This document shows, piece after piece, positions 1 through 10,010 of a DNA stretch of 49,156 bases. How positions within the stretch are numbered: the first letter of the stretch is position 1; each line of letters begins with the position of its first letter. Source of the DNA: Acidimicrobiia bacterium (lineage in GTDB: Bacteria; Actinomycetota; Acidimicrobiia; Spongiisociales; ZC4RG35); the NCBI GenBank assembly GCA_046565785.1, contig JBKHXZ010000166.1, positions 1 to 49,156 on the forward strand, written 5' to 3'. Both the position numbers and the translations under genes were made by a program. A model generated the notes under the pieces. That model made no database searches. It worked only from the letters and a program-made list of their open reading frames with translations, and was not told the origin of the DNA.

Positions 1-917
1 GCCGCCGCCTCGATGCCGCCCTCGCCGATGCCGCCGCCGAGGCCGGAGCAGAACTCGTGTGGGAGACCGAAGCGCTTCCGATCTTCGAGGACGATCGAGT
101 GGTCGGAGTGGAGGCCGGAGGAGAGCGGTGGAACGCCGGTTTGGTCGTGGTCGCCACCGGCGCACCGGGCACGGTCGCCCGCATGGTGGGAGCCACGCGG
201 GTGGAGGGCGAGCCGTACGGCATCGCCATCCGGAGCTACGTCTCCTCGCCCCGGCATCTCGACCGTCACATCGAAGCCTGCCTGACGATGCGGGACGCCA
301 ACGGCAACTCGGTACCCGGATATGGCTGGATGTTCCCGGCCGGCGACGGCACCGTGAACATCGGGGTGGGGGCACTATCCACCATGAAGGGCTTCAAGCA
401 ACTCAACCTCAACTCGCTGCTCGACCTCTATCGGGACCAGGTTCGAGACGAGTGGGATGTGGGGCCGTACCTGGAGCGTCCGCGGGCTTGGCGACTCCCA
501 ATGACCGCGGTCCGCCGACACGGTCCCGGCTGGGTGGCGGTAGGCGATGCGGCTGGTCTGGTGAATCCCATGAACGGAGAGGGGATCGACTACGGGCTCG
601 AATCCGGGATGCTCGCCTCGCAACTGTTCGTGTCCGACCCGTCGACGGCCGCCGAGCGCTACGACCGGTCGATCGGCGAACGGTTCGACGGCTTTCTACG
701 GACCGGTCGTCGTTTCTCGTTCCTCATCGGCCATCCGCTGATCCTTCGCGCCGGGCTGGCGGTGGCGGTCGGCACTCAGTCGATCGCCGACATCACGCTG
801 AAGGTCATGGGGAATCTGGTGGACAACGAAACGCCCGGGAAGGCAGGTCGGGTGCTGCGAACCGCTGATCGAGTGCTAGCAGTGCTCGACCCGATCCTGC
901 GGCGAACCCGGGCCTGA
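1..917 (+). CDS. Geranylgeranyl reductase-family FAD-dependent oxidoreductase (5'-truncated at window edge)
   Basis: Frame 3 is open from nt 3 to the TGA at 915-917. The translation carries 'GDAAGLVNPMNGEGIDYGLESG' and 'GYGWMFPAGDGTVNIGVG', typical of geranylgeranyl reductase/FixC-like flavoproteins. The listed ORF 57..917 is only the first in-frame Met. Confidence 0.8.
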   Translation, partial: RRLDAALADAAAEAGAELVWETEALPIFEDDRVVGVEAGGERWNAGLVVVATGAPGTVARMVGATRVEGEPYGIAIRSYVSSPRHLDRHIEACLTMRDANGNSVPGYGWMFPAGDGTVNIGVGALSTMKGFKQLNLNSLLDLYRDQVRDEWDVGPYLERPRAWRLPMTAVRRHGPGWVAVGDAAGLVNPMNGEGIDYGLESGMLASQLFVSDPSTAAERYDRSIGERFDGFLRTGRRFSFLIGHPLILRAGLAVAVGTQSIADITLKVMGNLVDNETPGKAGRVLRTADRVLAVLDPILRRTRA

Positions 918-964
918 GTCGCGCCCGGTACCCTCCGACACCCACGTCACGAAAGGACCACACC

Positions 965-1387
965 ATGGCACTCGACTCCACCGCTTCGGTTCGCTGGGAA
1001 GGCGACCTCATGTCCGGCTCCGGGACCGCGACCCTGACGTCCGGTGCAGCCGGACCGCTGGAGGTCGACTGGAAGGCCCGTTCGGAGGACCACGGTGGGA
1101 AGACCAGCCCGGAAGAGCTGATCGCCGCCGCCCACGCCAGTTGTTTCTCGATGGCCTTCTCCGCCCGCTTGGCAAAGGCCGGCACTCCGCCCAACTCCCT
1201 GGACGTGAAGGCCACCGCCACCTTCGTTCCCGGTACCGGGATCACCGGCATCACCCTCCAGGTCGGCGGCGACGTACCCGGGCTGGACGCAGACCGGTTC
1301 GCCGAGATCGCCGAAGACGCCAAGCAGAACTGCCCGGTCTCCCAGGCGCTGGCCGGCAACGTGCCGATCACCCTCGTGGTTGTCTGA
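965..1387 (+). CDS. osmC: OsmC-family peroxiredoxin / organic hydroperoxide reductase
   Basis: 140 aa with the OsmC hallmarks 'PEELIAAAHASCFSMA' and 'AKQNCPVSQAL' (the two conserved Cys). It has an ATG start and a length typical of the family. Confidence 0.85.
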   Translation: MALDSTASVRWEGDLMSGSGTATLTSGAAGPLEVDWKARSEDHGGKTSPEELIAAAHASCFSMAFSARLAKAGTPPNSLDVKATATFVPGTGITGITLQVGGDVPGLDADRFAEIAEDAKQNCPVSQALAGNVPITLVVV

Positions 1388-1426
1388 TCCGGGGAGCCCC
1401 GACATCGGATTCCTAGGCTGGCGTCG

Positions 1427-2536
1427 GTGAGCGAGCGATCGCTGCTCGACCGAGCGGCCTCTTTCTCGTGGCGATACTTGGTGGTGGTGGCTGCTGTCGC
1501 CATCACTCTCTACGCCGTCGGGGTCGTCAAGGTGGTGGCGATCCCGGTGGTGCTCGGGTTCTTCGTCGCCGCCGTACTGAGCCCGCCGGTTCAGTGGTTC
1601 AAACGTCGGGGCTGGTCGCCGCTCGCGGCGACCTGGGCCGGCATCGGCGCGGTCGTTCCCGTGATCGCCCTGATCGTGCTGGGTGTCGTTCCGTCGTTCG
1701 TCGACGGGCTGGCTCCCCTCGCCGATGACTTCCAGGAAGCGTCGGACTCGTTCGTCACCTGGCTGGAAGAAGGGCCGCTGGAGCTGTCCGAAACCGAGAT
1801 CGACGGATACATCTCCGACGCCATCGACTCGTTCCGGGAGAACCTGGGCGGGCTCACCTCCGGTCTCGTGGGTGGGGCGGCGGTGGCGGTCGAAGTCGTG
1901 ACCGGATCGGTGCTCTTGCTGATCATCTCGTTCTTCTACCTGAAGGACGGAGATCGCGCCTATCAGGCGATGTTGCGGCGAGTCACGGATCCAGATCGGG
2001 TCGACGCTGCGTTCACTGCGGCGTGGAGAACGCTCGGCGGATACGTGCGAGGTCTGGCCCTGGTGGGTTTGGTCAACGCCGTGTTCATCGGGATCGGGTT
2101 GCTGATCGTGGGAACACCCCTGGTCCTGCCGCTGTCACTTCTCGTGTTCTTTGGCGCATTCTTCCCGATCGTCGGCGCCTTCCTGTCCGGACTGCTGGCG
2201 GTGGCGGTGACGTTCGTGAACGGCGGGGTGGTCGCGGCGGTGATCGTCCTGGGAATCGTGCTCGTCGTCCAGCAGATCGAGGGCAACGTCCTGCACCCGA
2301 TCATCTTCCGGCGGGCGTTGGCCCTCCACCCGCTGGTCATCCTGGTGGCGATCGCTGCCGGCAGCGTGGTGTTTGGAATCGTCGGGGCCTTCCTGGCGGT
2401 ACCCATCGCTGCGGTGATCATCGCCGTTCACCAGTCCTTGAGCGCGGACCCCGATCGGTCGCTGGTGGCGCTGGCCCGCACCCCCGTCTACGACGGCACC
2501 GATCCGCTGACCGTCGACGACGACGATGCGGAATGA
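1427..2536 (+). CDS. AI-2E family transporter (PerM/UPF0118-type membrane protein)
   Basis: 369 aa, polytopic and hydrophobic. It has the characteristic 'FFYLLKDG'-like block ('FFYLKDGDRAY') and the C-terminal 'QQIEGNVLHPIIF' motif of the AI-2E family. GTG start. Confidence 0.8.
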   Translation: MSERSLLDRAASFSWRYLVVVAAVAITLYAVGVVKVVAIPVVLGFFVAAVLSPPVQWFKRRGWSPLAATWAGIGAVVPVIALIVLGVVPSFVDGLAPLADDFQEASDSFVTWLEEGPLELSETEIDGYISDAIDSFRENLGGLTSGLVGGAAVAVEVVTGSVLLLIISFFYLKDGDRAYQAMLRRVTDPDRVDAAFTAAWRTLGGYVRGLALVGLVNAVFIGIGLLIVGTPLVLPLSLLVFFGAFFPIVGAFLSGLLAVAVTFVNGGVVAAVIVLGIVLVVQQIEGNVLHPIIFRRALALHPLVILVAIAAGSVVFGIVGAFLAVPIAAVIIAVHQSLSADPDRSLVALARTPVYDGTDPLTVDDDDAE

Positions 2537-3483
2537 ACCGGCCGTCCCGTCCGCAGGAACCAGAAGAACGAGAACGCGGCCACAGCACTGAGCAGGTGCC
2601 AGATGGCGTGTCGCTGGAGCAGTGAGTCTGGGTCACACCGTGGGTGTTCGGCGGTGCCGGTGAGCCAGATCGTGTAGGCGACGAAGAACGACGCCATTCC
2701 GGTCCAGAACCACGGCAAGTAGCGGCGCCGCACCGGGGCGGGCGAGGTCGCCAGGAGCCCGGGCAGCCAGAAGAGGATCACCCACCAGTAGCGGTCGAGG
2801 TTGGAGCCCACCTCGGCCGGGGTAACCCCGAAGGCCAATGCCACGCCGAAGCCCACCGCGCCGGACAAGACCCGAACGGTGGGGGACCAGAACCTGAACA
2901 CCACCTCCGAGACGACCCACAGCCCTATGGAGAGTCCGAACAGATCGAGACCGATGCCGAGGTCCGACCCGGCGAACCAGTAGCCGGTGCCGTACGCCAC
3001 CAACACGGAGGTGTAGGCGACGAAGAACGTGCGTGGACGCCAGCGTCCCATGACCGCCACGTTGTGCAGCCACGGGATCAGGATGAAGGCAACCATGGAC
3101 ACGTTGTCCAGCCACGCCCCGAAGGGGGTGTGGGTACCGTGCATGGCCATCGACCCCGGCCCGAGGAACAGGGTGGCCGAGGCGTACAGGATCGCCACCG
3201 GGGTGTTGGCGATGAACGGGTTCGGTGCCGGCCGGCCCCGAACGGTGTCACGGGAAAGGACGGTGAACATCGCCAGCCCGGCGATCACGAACCCGAGGTT
3301 CCCGAGCGTGTTGACCGGCTCCCGCAGCAAGCCGGCGCTCACCCGCTCACACCAGCGGGAGATCTCCCCGATCTCCGATTCGTTCGCTGCCGGCGGGCCC
3401 CAGCCGTCCAGTCCCGCAGCGACGAACACGACGCCGAACGTCGCGACAGCCACCACCGCCAAGAGCAGCGGCCGGCGCGCCAC
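2488..3483 (-). CDS. Alkaline-ceramidase-like 7-TM membrane hydrolase (PF05875-like)
   Basis: 331 aa polytopic protein. Three blocks mirror the conserved blocks of eukaryotic alkaline ceramidases: 'RWCERVSAGLLREPVNTLGNLGF', 'GSMAMHGTHTPFGAWLDNVSM' and the C-terminal 'HAIWHLLSA'. Confidence 0.65.
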   Translation of the reverse strand: MARRPLLLAVVAVATFGVVFVAAGLDGWGPPAANESEIGEISRWCERVSAGLLREPVNTLGNLGFVIAGLAMFTVLSRDTVRGRPAPNPFIANTPVAILYASATLFLGPGSMAMHGTHTPFGAWLDNVSMVAFILIPWLHNVAVMGRWRPRTFFVAYTSVLVAYGTGYWFAGSDLGIGLDLFGLSIGLWVVSEVVFRFWSPTVRVLSGAVGFGVALAFGVTPAEVGSNLDRYWWVILFWLPGLLATSPAPVRRRYLPWFWTGMASFFVAYTIWLTGTAEHPRCDPDSLLQRHAIWHLLSAVAAFSFFWFLRTGRPVHSASSSSTVSGSVPS

Positions 3484-3485
3484 CG

Positions 3486-4445
3486 TCAGTCGGAGAGGTG
3501 TCCGGGCGGAGCGCCGAGCCGTTCGGAGAGCGCCTGGGAGCGGTCACGCACGATCCGGTCGGCGATCGAACGTACCGTGTGGGTGAGCCACATGGCGGTC
3601 TGGCTGCCCTCGGTGTAGTCCGCCGGTCCGTAGGCGTGGATGCGGTCCTGTTCGAGCAGTCGGTTCACCTGCTCGAACTCGCCTTCGGAACCGGGGCGAT
3701 ACACCGCGTACGTCTTGCCGCCGTGCTTTTCGACGACGCTGAAGACCGGCACGTCGCTCGGCCCGTCAGCGACGTAGACCATGTTCGGGAAGGGGATGCG
3801 TCGGTCCGCGTGGGCGATCTTCGAGTTCACATCGATGCTGGGGTGGCGGTTGGTGCCCTTGTTGATCTCGAACACGGCTCGGGTCTTCGAGGTGTTGTCG
3901 ATCGTGTACACGATCTGACGGATCTCGCGGTCGTCTCCGGAGAACATGTGGCCGGATTCGAGGTAGCCGGGCGGTGCGATCTCCTCGGAGAACTCACACG
4001 CCCACACCTCTTGGACGTAGGGCGCCACCGCGCTGCCGAGGATCATCTGCCGCAGGCCGGACGACACGATGTAGTGCTCGACGCTGATCTGATGTTCGGC
4101 ATAGGCCGGATCCGACTCGATCTGCTTGGTCAGCATCCCCATGAAGTCGGGCATGCCGTCGTAGAAGCGGATCTCGCCTCCGAGCTCGCGCAGACCGTCG
4201 TTGTTCAACCCCTTCATCCGCCCCTCCCGCACGTAGGTGAGGATGTGGTTGAGATACAGGGTGTCTCCGCTTGTCATCCCGGCGCCGCGGCTGCGGTAGA
4301 ACTCGTCCAGGCCGTCGGATTCGGCCCAGAACGTGGCCGGATCCACCCCGTAGCGCTCGAACAACGGCGCCTGCATGTAGCCGGGAATCAGGGTCTTGTC
4401 GAAGTCCCAGATCACTCCGATCACGTTCTGGGGGAAGATCGGCAT
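3486..4445 (-). CDS. HAD-superfamily hydrolase with large cap domain, substrate unknown
   Basis: HAD motif I 'WDFDKTL' lies just after the internal Met (MPIFPQNV...) and motif IV 'VYVADGPSDVP' near the C-terminus. The start is set at the ATG at 4445-4443; the longer listed ORF to 4604 would run across the prfC start region. Confidence 0.7.
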   Translation of the reverse strand: MPIFPQNVIGVIWDFDKTLIPGYMQAPLFERYGVDPATFWAESDGLDEFYRSRGAGMTSGDTLYLNHILTYVREGRMKGLNNDGLRELGGEIRFYDGMPDFMGMLTKQIESDPAYAEHQISVEHYIVSSGLRQMILGSAVAPYVQEVWACEFSEEIAPPGYLESGHMFSGDDREIRQIVYTIDNTSKTRAVFEINKGTNRHPSIDVNSKIAHADRRIPFPNMVYVADGPSDVPVFSVVEKHGGKTYAVYRPGSEGEFEQVNRLLEQDRIHAYGPADYTEGSQTAMWLTHTVRSIADRIVRDRSQALSERLGAPPGHLSD

Positions 4446-4544
4446 ATCGCGAAGGGTATTCGCGATCTGGCGTGTGCGAAAGGGGCGGATTCCGGGTGTG
4501 GCGATGGCGGTAGCCTGGTCGAATTCTGTGTCCCGGAGGCGTCG

Positions 4545-6119
4545 ATGGCTGAGTCCGTCGCAACCGAGGCGCAACGTCGACGGACGTTCGCCATCATCTC
4601 CCACCCGGACGCCGGCAAGACCACCCTGACCGAGAAGCTGTTGCTGTTCTCGGGTGTCATCGCCGAAGCCGGGGCCGTCGGCGCGCGCTCAGGTCGACGC
4701 GAAGTCACCTCCGACTGGATGGATTTGGAGCGCACCCGTGGCATCTCCATCACCTCCACCGTGCTGCAGTTCGAGGTCGACGGGGTGCTGTTCAACCTGC
4801 TGGACACGCCAGGTCACCGGGACTTCTCCGAAGACACCTACCGGGTGCTCTCCGCGGTCGACGCGGCGGTCATCGTCATCGACAACGCCAAAGGGATCGA
4901 ATCCCAGACGCTCAAGTTGTTCCAGGTCGCCCAGGCACGAGGGATCCCTCTCATCACCTTCGTCAACAAATGCGACCGTCCCGGCATGTCGCCATTGGAG
5001 ATCCTCGACGACATCGAACGCCAGCTCGGTATCACCGCCACACCGGTCACCTGGCCGATCGGGAACGGACAGGCGTTCCAGGGCGTGGTCGACCGGCGGG
5101 ATCGGACGTTCTGGGAGTTCGAACGCACCGCCCGCGGCTCCAAGATCGGAGCGGAACACCGGCTGGGACTCGATGAGGTCTCGGCAGCAGGAGACGAGTG
5201 GCGGGAGGCAGCCCTCGGCGAGCTGGCGCTCCTGGATGAGATCGGTGCCGACCACGACGAGAAGACGTTCCTCGCCGGAGAGACCACTCCGGTCTTCTTC
5301 GGGTCTGCTTTGTGGAACTTCGGGGTGAGGCTGTTGTTGGAGTCGGTGGCGACCATGGCCCCTTGTCCGACGCCGCGACTTGACTCCGCCGGTGTGCCAC
5401 AGCCGCTCGACGGGCCGGTGTCGGGCTTCATCTTCAAGGTCCAAGCCAACCTCGACCCCCGGCACCGGGACCGGGTGGCCTTCATGCGGATGTGCAGCGG
5501 ACGATTCGACCGCGGGATGACGCTGACTTCGCAGCGAACGGGTCGCACATTGACCACCAAGTACGCCCACCAGGTGTTCGGGCGGGATCGGGACACGGTC
5601 GAAACGGCGTATCCCGGCGACATCGTGGGTTTGGTCAACGCCACCGACCTGCTGATCGGGGACACCCTTTCCGTCGATGGATCCGTCCTCTATCCACCCA
5701 TACCCACCTTCGCTCCCGAGTTCTTCCGCGTCGCCCGCAACCTCGACACCACGCGTTACAAGCAATTCCGGAAGGGGATGACCCAACTCAACGAGGAGGG
5801 GGTGATCCAGATCCTGCGGACCGAAGAGGGCGGCGAGCGTGAGCCGATCCTGGCCGCTGTCGGCGAAATGCAGTACGAGGTGGCACTCCACCGCCTGACC
5901 AACGAATTCGGTGCCGAGGTCCTGTTCGAATCGACTCCGTGGAACGTCGCGCGCCGGACGGACGCCGCCGGGGCAGCGGTACTCGCCCCGATTCGAGGGG
6001 TCGAGGTGGCGCACCGCAGCAGTGGCGTTCCGGTGGCGCTGTTCACCAACCGTCATCGACTCGAAGCGGTGGAGCGGGATCACCCCGACGTGCTGTTGGA
6101 TCCGATCATTGCCCTGTAA
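4545..6119 (+). CDS. prfC: Peptide chain release factor 3 (translational GTPase)
   Basis: From 'MAESVATEAQRRRTFAIISHPDAGKTTLTEKLLLFSG' onward there are G1 'SHPDAGKTT', G3 'DTPGHRDF' and G4 'NKCDR' motifs, and the ~524 aa length fits. The in-frame upstream part of ORF 3498..6119 is antisense to the HAD gene. Confidence 0.95.
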   Translation: MAESVATEAQRRRTFAIISHPDAGKTTLTEKLLLFSGVIAEAGAVGARSGRREVTSDWMDLERTRGISITSTVLQFEVDGVLFNLLDTPGHRDFSEDTYRVLSAVDAAVIVIDNAKGIESQTLKLFQVAQARGIPLITFVNKCDRPGMSPLEILDDIERQLGITATPVTWPIGNGQAFQGVVDRRDRTFWEFERTARGSKIGAEHRLGLDEVSAAGDEWREAALGELALLDEIGADHDEKTFLAGETTPVFFGSALWNFGVRLLLESVATMAPCPTPRLDSAGVPQPLDGPVSGFIFKVQANLDPRHRDRVAFMRMCSGRFDRGMTLTSQRTGRTLTTKYAHQVFGRDRDTVETAYPGDIVGLVNATDLLIGDTLSVDGSVLYPPIPTFAPEFFRVARNLDTTRYKQFRKGMTQLNEEGVIQILRTEEGGEREPILAAVGEMQYEVALHRLTNEFGAEVLFESTPWNVARRTDAAGAAVLAPIRGVEVAHRSSGVPVALFTNRHRLEAVERDHPDVLLDPIIAL

Positions 6120-6166
6120 TGGAGTGACCTCGCAGGCAGAGTACGGTCCGGTTCGAAGGAGGCACG

Positions 6167-7459
6167 ATGAGTGAGCTCAGCTATCTCTCCGGGTTCGGCA
6201 ACGAGTTCGCCTCGGAAGCGCGACCCGGAGCCTTGCCGGTGGGGCAGAACAACCCGCAGAAGCCGCCGCTCGGCTTGTACACCGAGCAGTTGTCAGGGAC
6301 CGCATTCATGGTGGACAACTACCGGAACCGACGTACCTGGATGTATCGGATCCGCCCGTCCGTTCGGCATGCCTGGCGGTTCACCGAAACGTCGAATCAT
6401 CTCATCCGCACGGCTCCCAATCGTGAGTCGGATCCGCCGATCGGCCAGCTCCGATGGAACCCACCCGACTTTCCCGACGAGCCCACCACGTTCTTCAGCG
6501 GCTTGCGCACCATCGCCACCAACGGCGACGCTCACCTGCAGCGGGGGATGGCAGCCCATGTCTACATGGCAACCGAGTCGATGGTGGACACCTTCTTCTA
6601 CGACGCCGACGGCGAACTCCTGATCGTGCCTCAGGAAGGGCGGTTGCGCTTCCATACCGAATGTGGGGTCCTCGAGGTGGCGCCCGGGGAGGTGGCGTTG
6701 ATGCCGCGGGGGATGGTGTTTCGGGTAGTTCTGGTCGATGGGCGGGCCCGTGGCTACGTGTGTGAGAACTACGGCACCCTGTTCGAGTTGCCGGAGAGGG
6801 GCCCGATCGGGGCCAACGGTCTGGCGAACCCCCGTGACTTCCTCCACCCCGTGGCTGCCTTCGAGGACGTCGAGGCGTCCGGTGAGCTGTACGTGAAGTT
6901 CGATGGCCGAGTGTTCGTGGTGGAGACCGACTATTCGCCGCTCGACGTGGTCGGATGGCACGGCAACCACGTCCCGTGGAAATACGACCTGCGTCGCTTC
7001 AACGTGATCGGATCGATCAGCTTCGACCATCCCGACCCTTCGATCTTCACGGTGTTGACTTCGCCATCACCCGATCCGGGTGTGGCCAACGTCGACTTCG
7101 TGGTCTTCGCCGACCGGTGGCTGGTCGGAGAGCACACGTTCCGTCCGCCGTACTACCACAAGAACATCATGTCCGAGTTCATGGGGATCCTGTACGGGGT
7201 CTACGACGCCAAGGAGGAGGGCTTCAACCCGGGCGGCATGAGCCTGCACAACATGTACTTCCCGCATGGGCCCGACCACGACGCCTGGCTGAAGGCGACG
7301 ACATCGGACCTGAAGCCGGAGAAGCTGTCCGACACCATGTCGTTCATGTTCGAGACGCGCTATCCGCTGATCCCGACCGCGTACGCAGGCTCGATCCCGG
7401 CGTTGCAGGACGACTATCCGAGCGTGTGGCACTCGTTGGAGCGGCATTTCGAGGGCTGA
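6167..7459 (+). CDS. hmgA: Homogentisate 1,2-dioxygenase
   Basis: 430 aa. The N-terminus '[42 protein letters not shown]' is near-canonical for HGD, and '[12 protein letters not shown]' is present later. Confidence 0.95.
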   Translation: MSELSYLSGFGNEFASEARPGALPVGQNNPQKPPLGLYTEQLSGTAFMVDNYRNRRTWMYRIRPSVRHAWRFTETSNHLIRTAPNRESDPPIGQLRWNPPDFPDEPTTFFSGLRTIATNGDAHLQRGMAAHVYMATESMVDTFFYDADGELLIVPQEGRLRFHTECGVLEVAPGEVALMPRGMVFRVVLVDGRARGYVCENYGTLFELPERGPIGANGLANPRDFLHPVAAFEDVEASGELYVKFDGRVFVVETDYSPLDVVGWHGNHVPWKYDLRRFNVIGSISFDHPDPSIFTVLTSPSPDPGVANVDFVVFADRWLVGEHTFRPPYYHKNIMSEFMGILYGVYDAKEEGFNPGGMSLHNMYFPHGPDHDAWLKATTSDLKPEKLSDTMSFMFETRYPLIPTAYAGSIPALQDDYPSVWHSLERHFEG

Positions 7460-7523
7460 AAACCGAAACCGGTGCGCCGAAAGTGCCGTCTAGTGCCACT
7501 GGAACCCAGGGTTTCGACGGGTG

Positions 7524-8033
7524 TCAGGCGTCGAGGACCATCTCCCGGCCGTCGGGGGGTTCGACCAAAGGAGCCTCGGTGGACCACGGGAAGTTGATCC
7601 ACCGGTCGGTGTAACTCCACACGTATTCGCACTCCACCAGTGAGTGGGGCTTTTCATACAGGACAGCGGTACGGACGTCGGCGACTCGTCCCTGGCAGTG
7701 GTCGTGGACCACCTTGATGGTGTTGCCGGTGTCGGCGACATCGTCGGCGATGAGGATGTTCGCCCCGTCGAGTTCCATCGCGTCCTGATAGGGAGGAAGC
7801 ATCACCGGAACGTCGAGCCGGGTGCCCACGCCGGTGTAGTACTCGATGTTCATCACATACAGGTTCTTCACGCTGAGGGCGTATCCCAGCGAACCGGCGA
7901 CGAACAGTCCGCCGCGGGCGATGGCGAGGATGATGTCGGGGCGGTACCCGTCGTCGGCCACCTGTTGGGCGAGTTCGCGTACCGCAATGCCGTATCGCTC
8001 CCAGGTGAGCGTTTCCCGTTCGACTGTCATCAC
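7524..8033 (-). CDS. Purine phosphoribosyltransferase, Gpt-like
   Basis: 169 aa with the PRPP-binding motif 'ILIADDVADTGNT'. 'LTWERYG...IARGGL' and the C-terminal 'WINFPWS' parallel xanthine-guanine PRTases. Confidence 0.8.
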   Translation of the reverse strand: MMTVERETLTWERYGIAVRELAQQVADDGYRPDIILAIARGGLFVAGSLGYALSVKNLYVMNIEYYTGVGTRLDVPVMLPPYQDAMELDGANILIADDVADTGNTIKVVHDHCQGRVADVRTAVLYEKPHSLVECEYVWSYTDRWINFPWSTEAPLVEPPDGREMVLDA

Positions 8034-8093
8034 CCCATGTTCGCACGCCGCGCCCGCTTCCGACCAACCGAAGCCGGTGACTAGTCATCTGGG

Positions 8094-10001
8094 GTGACAT
8101 GGAGATGCTGCTCGGGTGGCGAGCGGTGCAGCGTCGATGTACCCCGTATGAGAGCAGGCATGCGATGGACTCTTCGACGTGGTCGCCACATCGGAGCCGG
8201 GACCGGGACACCGGCGGTCGGGCTGGCCGCCGGTGATCCGCTCTCCGTCTTCCGTGCCGCCGTCATGCGCCGGTCGGTGCCGGTGGTGGCGGTGACGGTG
8301 CTGGCTTTGGGGCTCATCGCCAGCATCGACGGGATGCGCATCGATGCCGGCTCGGCCGCCTTCCTGGGAACGACGCTCGTCGGGCTGGTCCTGGCGACCC
8401 GGGTTCCGTGGGATCGGGCAGCCAGCACGCCGGAATCCTGGGCGGCGTGGTTGTGGTCGGTGATCGTGGCGCTGGTGCTTGGCGGGCTCGCCTTGGTGCC
8501 GGCATTGGCTGCATCCACCCGCCCATTATTGGCGGCAGTGGTGGTCATGACAGGGCTGGTTCTCAACCCGATCCGGCATGCGTCGGTGACGGTGCTGACG
8601 GTCGGCCTGGTCGCCGCCTCCTATCTCACCGGCGGGGACGCCCGGCCGAGTGACATCCTCGGGCCTCTCGTGTTCGTGACCGTGACGGCGATCGCGGTCG
8701 GGTTCGCCGCTCGTGAGCTGGAACGCACCGCCGATCGTGACCGCGAACACGTGGCGGATCTGGAAGAGGAACGGTCGGCCTACCAGCGGCTGTACGACGT
8801 CGCCTCGACGCTCGGGGCGTCCAGTTCGGTGGAAGAGACGTTGCCGGTGCTTCTCAGCCGCATGGCGTCATATCTCGATTCGACGACCGGTGCGTGGTTC
8901 GTGGTCGACGAGCACGCCGGCATGCTGCGGGTGGCGCCTCCGATCGTGGTGGACGGACGACCGGTCGACCCGGGGCGGGCGATCGAGGTACGGCTGCGGG
9001 ACGACACCTTTACCAGTCGGGCGTTGCGGTCTTCGCGCCCGGTGTCGATTCGGGTGGGCAACTCGCGGCGGGAGCGCCACGGTGTGCTCGGTGAGTTGGG
9101 GCTCGACGTGGCGTTGGCGGCCCCGTTGATCGTCGAAGGCAAGCGAGTCGGCGTGGTCCTGGTCGGCAACCCTCGGTCGGGTACGTACACCGATCGGGAC
9201 ATCGAAGAGATCGGTGTGCTGTCTGCTCCGGCCGGTCTCGTCCTCGCCCAACTCCGCCGCCAGCGGGAGGCCGAGGAACTCAACCAACGCCTGCGGGAGG
9301 TCGCCGAGATGAAGACCGATTTCGTTTCCGTCGTGTCCCACGAGCTGCGCACGCCACTCACGTCGATACGCGGCGCCCTCGACACTCTCGCCCGGCCGGG
9401 CCTGGTCGAGGAGAACACGATCGTCTCGGAGTTGATCGGATCGGCCCGACGCCAGTCGACCCGACTCGAGCGGCTCATCAACGACCTGCTGGTGGCGTCT
9501 CGTCTCGACCGGGGAACGATGAAGTCCACCCTGGTACCTGTTTCGGTGGCGGAGGTCGTCGACGAGGTGGTCCCGTTGGTCGGATACGACGGAATCCGAG
9601 TCGATGTCGACCGGGACGCGGTCATCGCCGCCGATCAGGATCAGTTCACTCAGGTGGTGCGCAACCTGATCGAGAACGCCGTCAAGTACGGCGGTGGCAC
9701 CGATATCGACGTGGCCACGGTCAAGGAAAAGGGTGGGCTGACCTTGGTGGTCGCCGATCACGGACCTGGAATTCCGGCAGCCCAGCGCGATCGGATCTTC
9801 GAGCGCTTCGTCCAGTTGGAACGCCCCGATCGTCGATCCCAGGAGGGCTCCGGCCTGGGCTTGGCGATCGTGAAGTCGCTGGTTCAATCGATGGGCGGCC
9901 GAATCGAGGTGACCGACACGCCGGGTGGCGGGGCCACCTTCCGCGTGTCGTTTCGACAGCCGACCAGCTTCGACCTCCGCCCCAGCCTGGCCGTTTCCTA
10001 A
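8094..10001 (+). CDS. Membrane-bound GAF-domain sensor histidine kinase (no cognate regulator adjacent)
   Basis: It has multiple N-terminal hydrophobic helices and a central GAF-like region. The H-box 'SHELRTPLTSIRG', N-box 'LIENAVKYG' and G-boxes 'DHGPGI'/'GSGLGLAIV' are present. The start is uncertain: GTG at 8094 or an internal Met, e.g. 'MRRSVPVVAV'. Confidence 0.85.
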   Translation: MTWRCCSGGERCSVDVPRMRAGMRWTLRRGRHIGAGTGTPAVGLAAGDPLSVFRAAVMRRSVPVVAVTVLALGLIASIDGMRIDAGSAAFLGTTLVGLVLATRVPWDRAASTPESWAAWLWSVIVALVLGGLALVPALAASTRPLLAAVVVMTGLVLNPIRHASVTVLTVGLVAASYLTGGDARPSDILGPLVFVTVTAIAVGFAARELERTADRDREHVADLEEERSAYQRLYDVASTLGASSSVEETLPVLLSRMASYLDSTTGAWFVVDEHAGMLRVAPPIVVDGRPVDPGRAIEVRLRDDTFTSRALRSSRPVSIRVGNSRRERHGVLGELGLDVALAAPLIVEGKRVGVVLVGNPRSGTYTDRDIEEIGVLSAPAGLVLAQLRRQREAEELNQRLREVAEMKTDFVSVVSHELRTPLTSIRGALDTLARPGLVEENTIVSELIGSARRQSTRLERLINDLLVASRLDRGTMKSTLVPVSVAEVVDEVVPLVGYDGIRVDVDRDAVIAADQDQFTQVVRNLIENAVKYGGGTDIDVATVKEKGGLTLVVADHGPGIPAAQRDRIFERFVQLERPDRRSQEGSGLGLAIVKSLVQSMGGRIEVTDTPGGGATFRVSFRQPTSFDLRPSLAVS

Positions 10002-10010
10002 CCTCGGCGG

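Noticed and set aside
3498-4544. 349-codon N-terminal extension of the prfC reading frame (listed ORF 3498..6119, 873 aa)
   Set aside because: The extension lies antisense to the well-supported HAD hydrolase gene and has the Arg/Gly/Val-rich composition typical of shadow frames in high-GC DNA. RF3 homology begins exactly at the Met at 4545 (MAESVATEAQRRRTFAIISHPDAGKTT).
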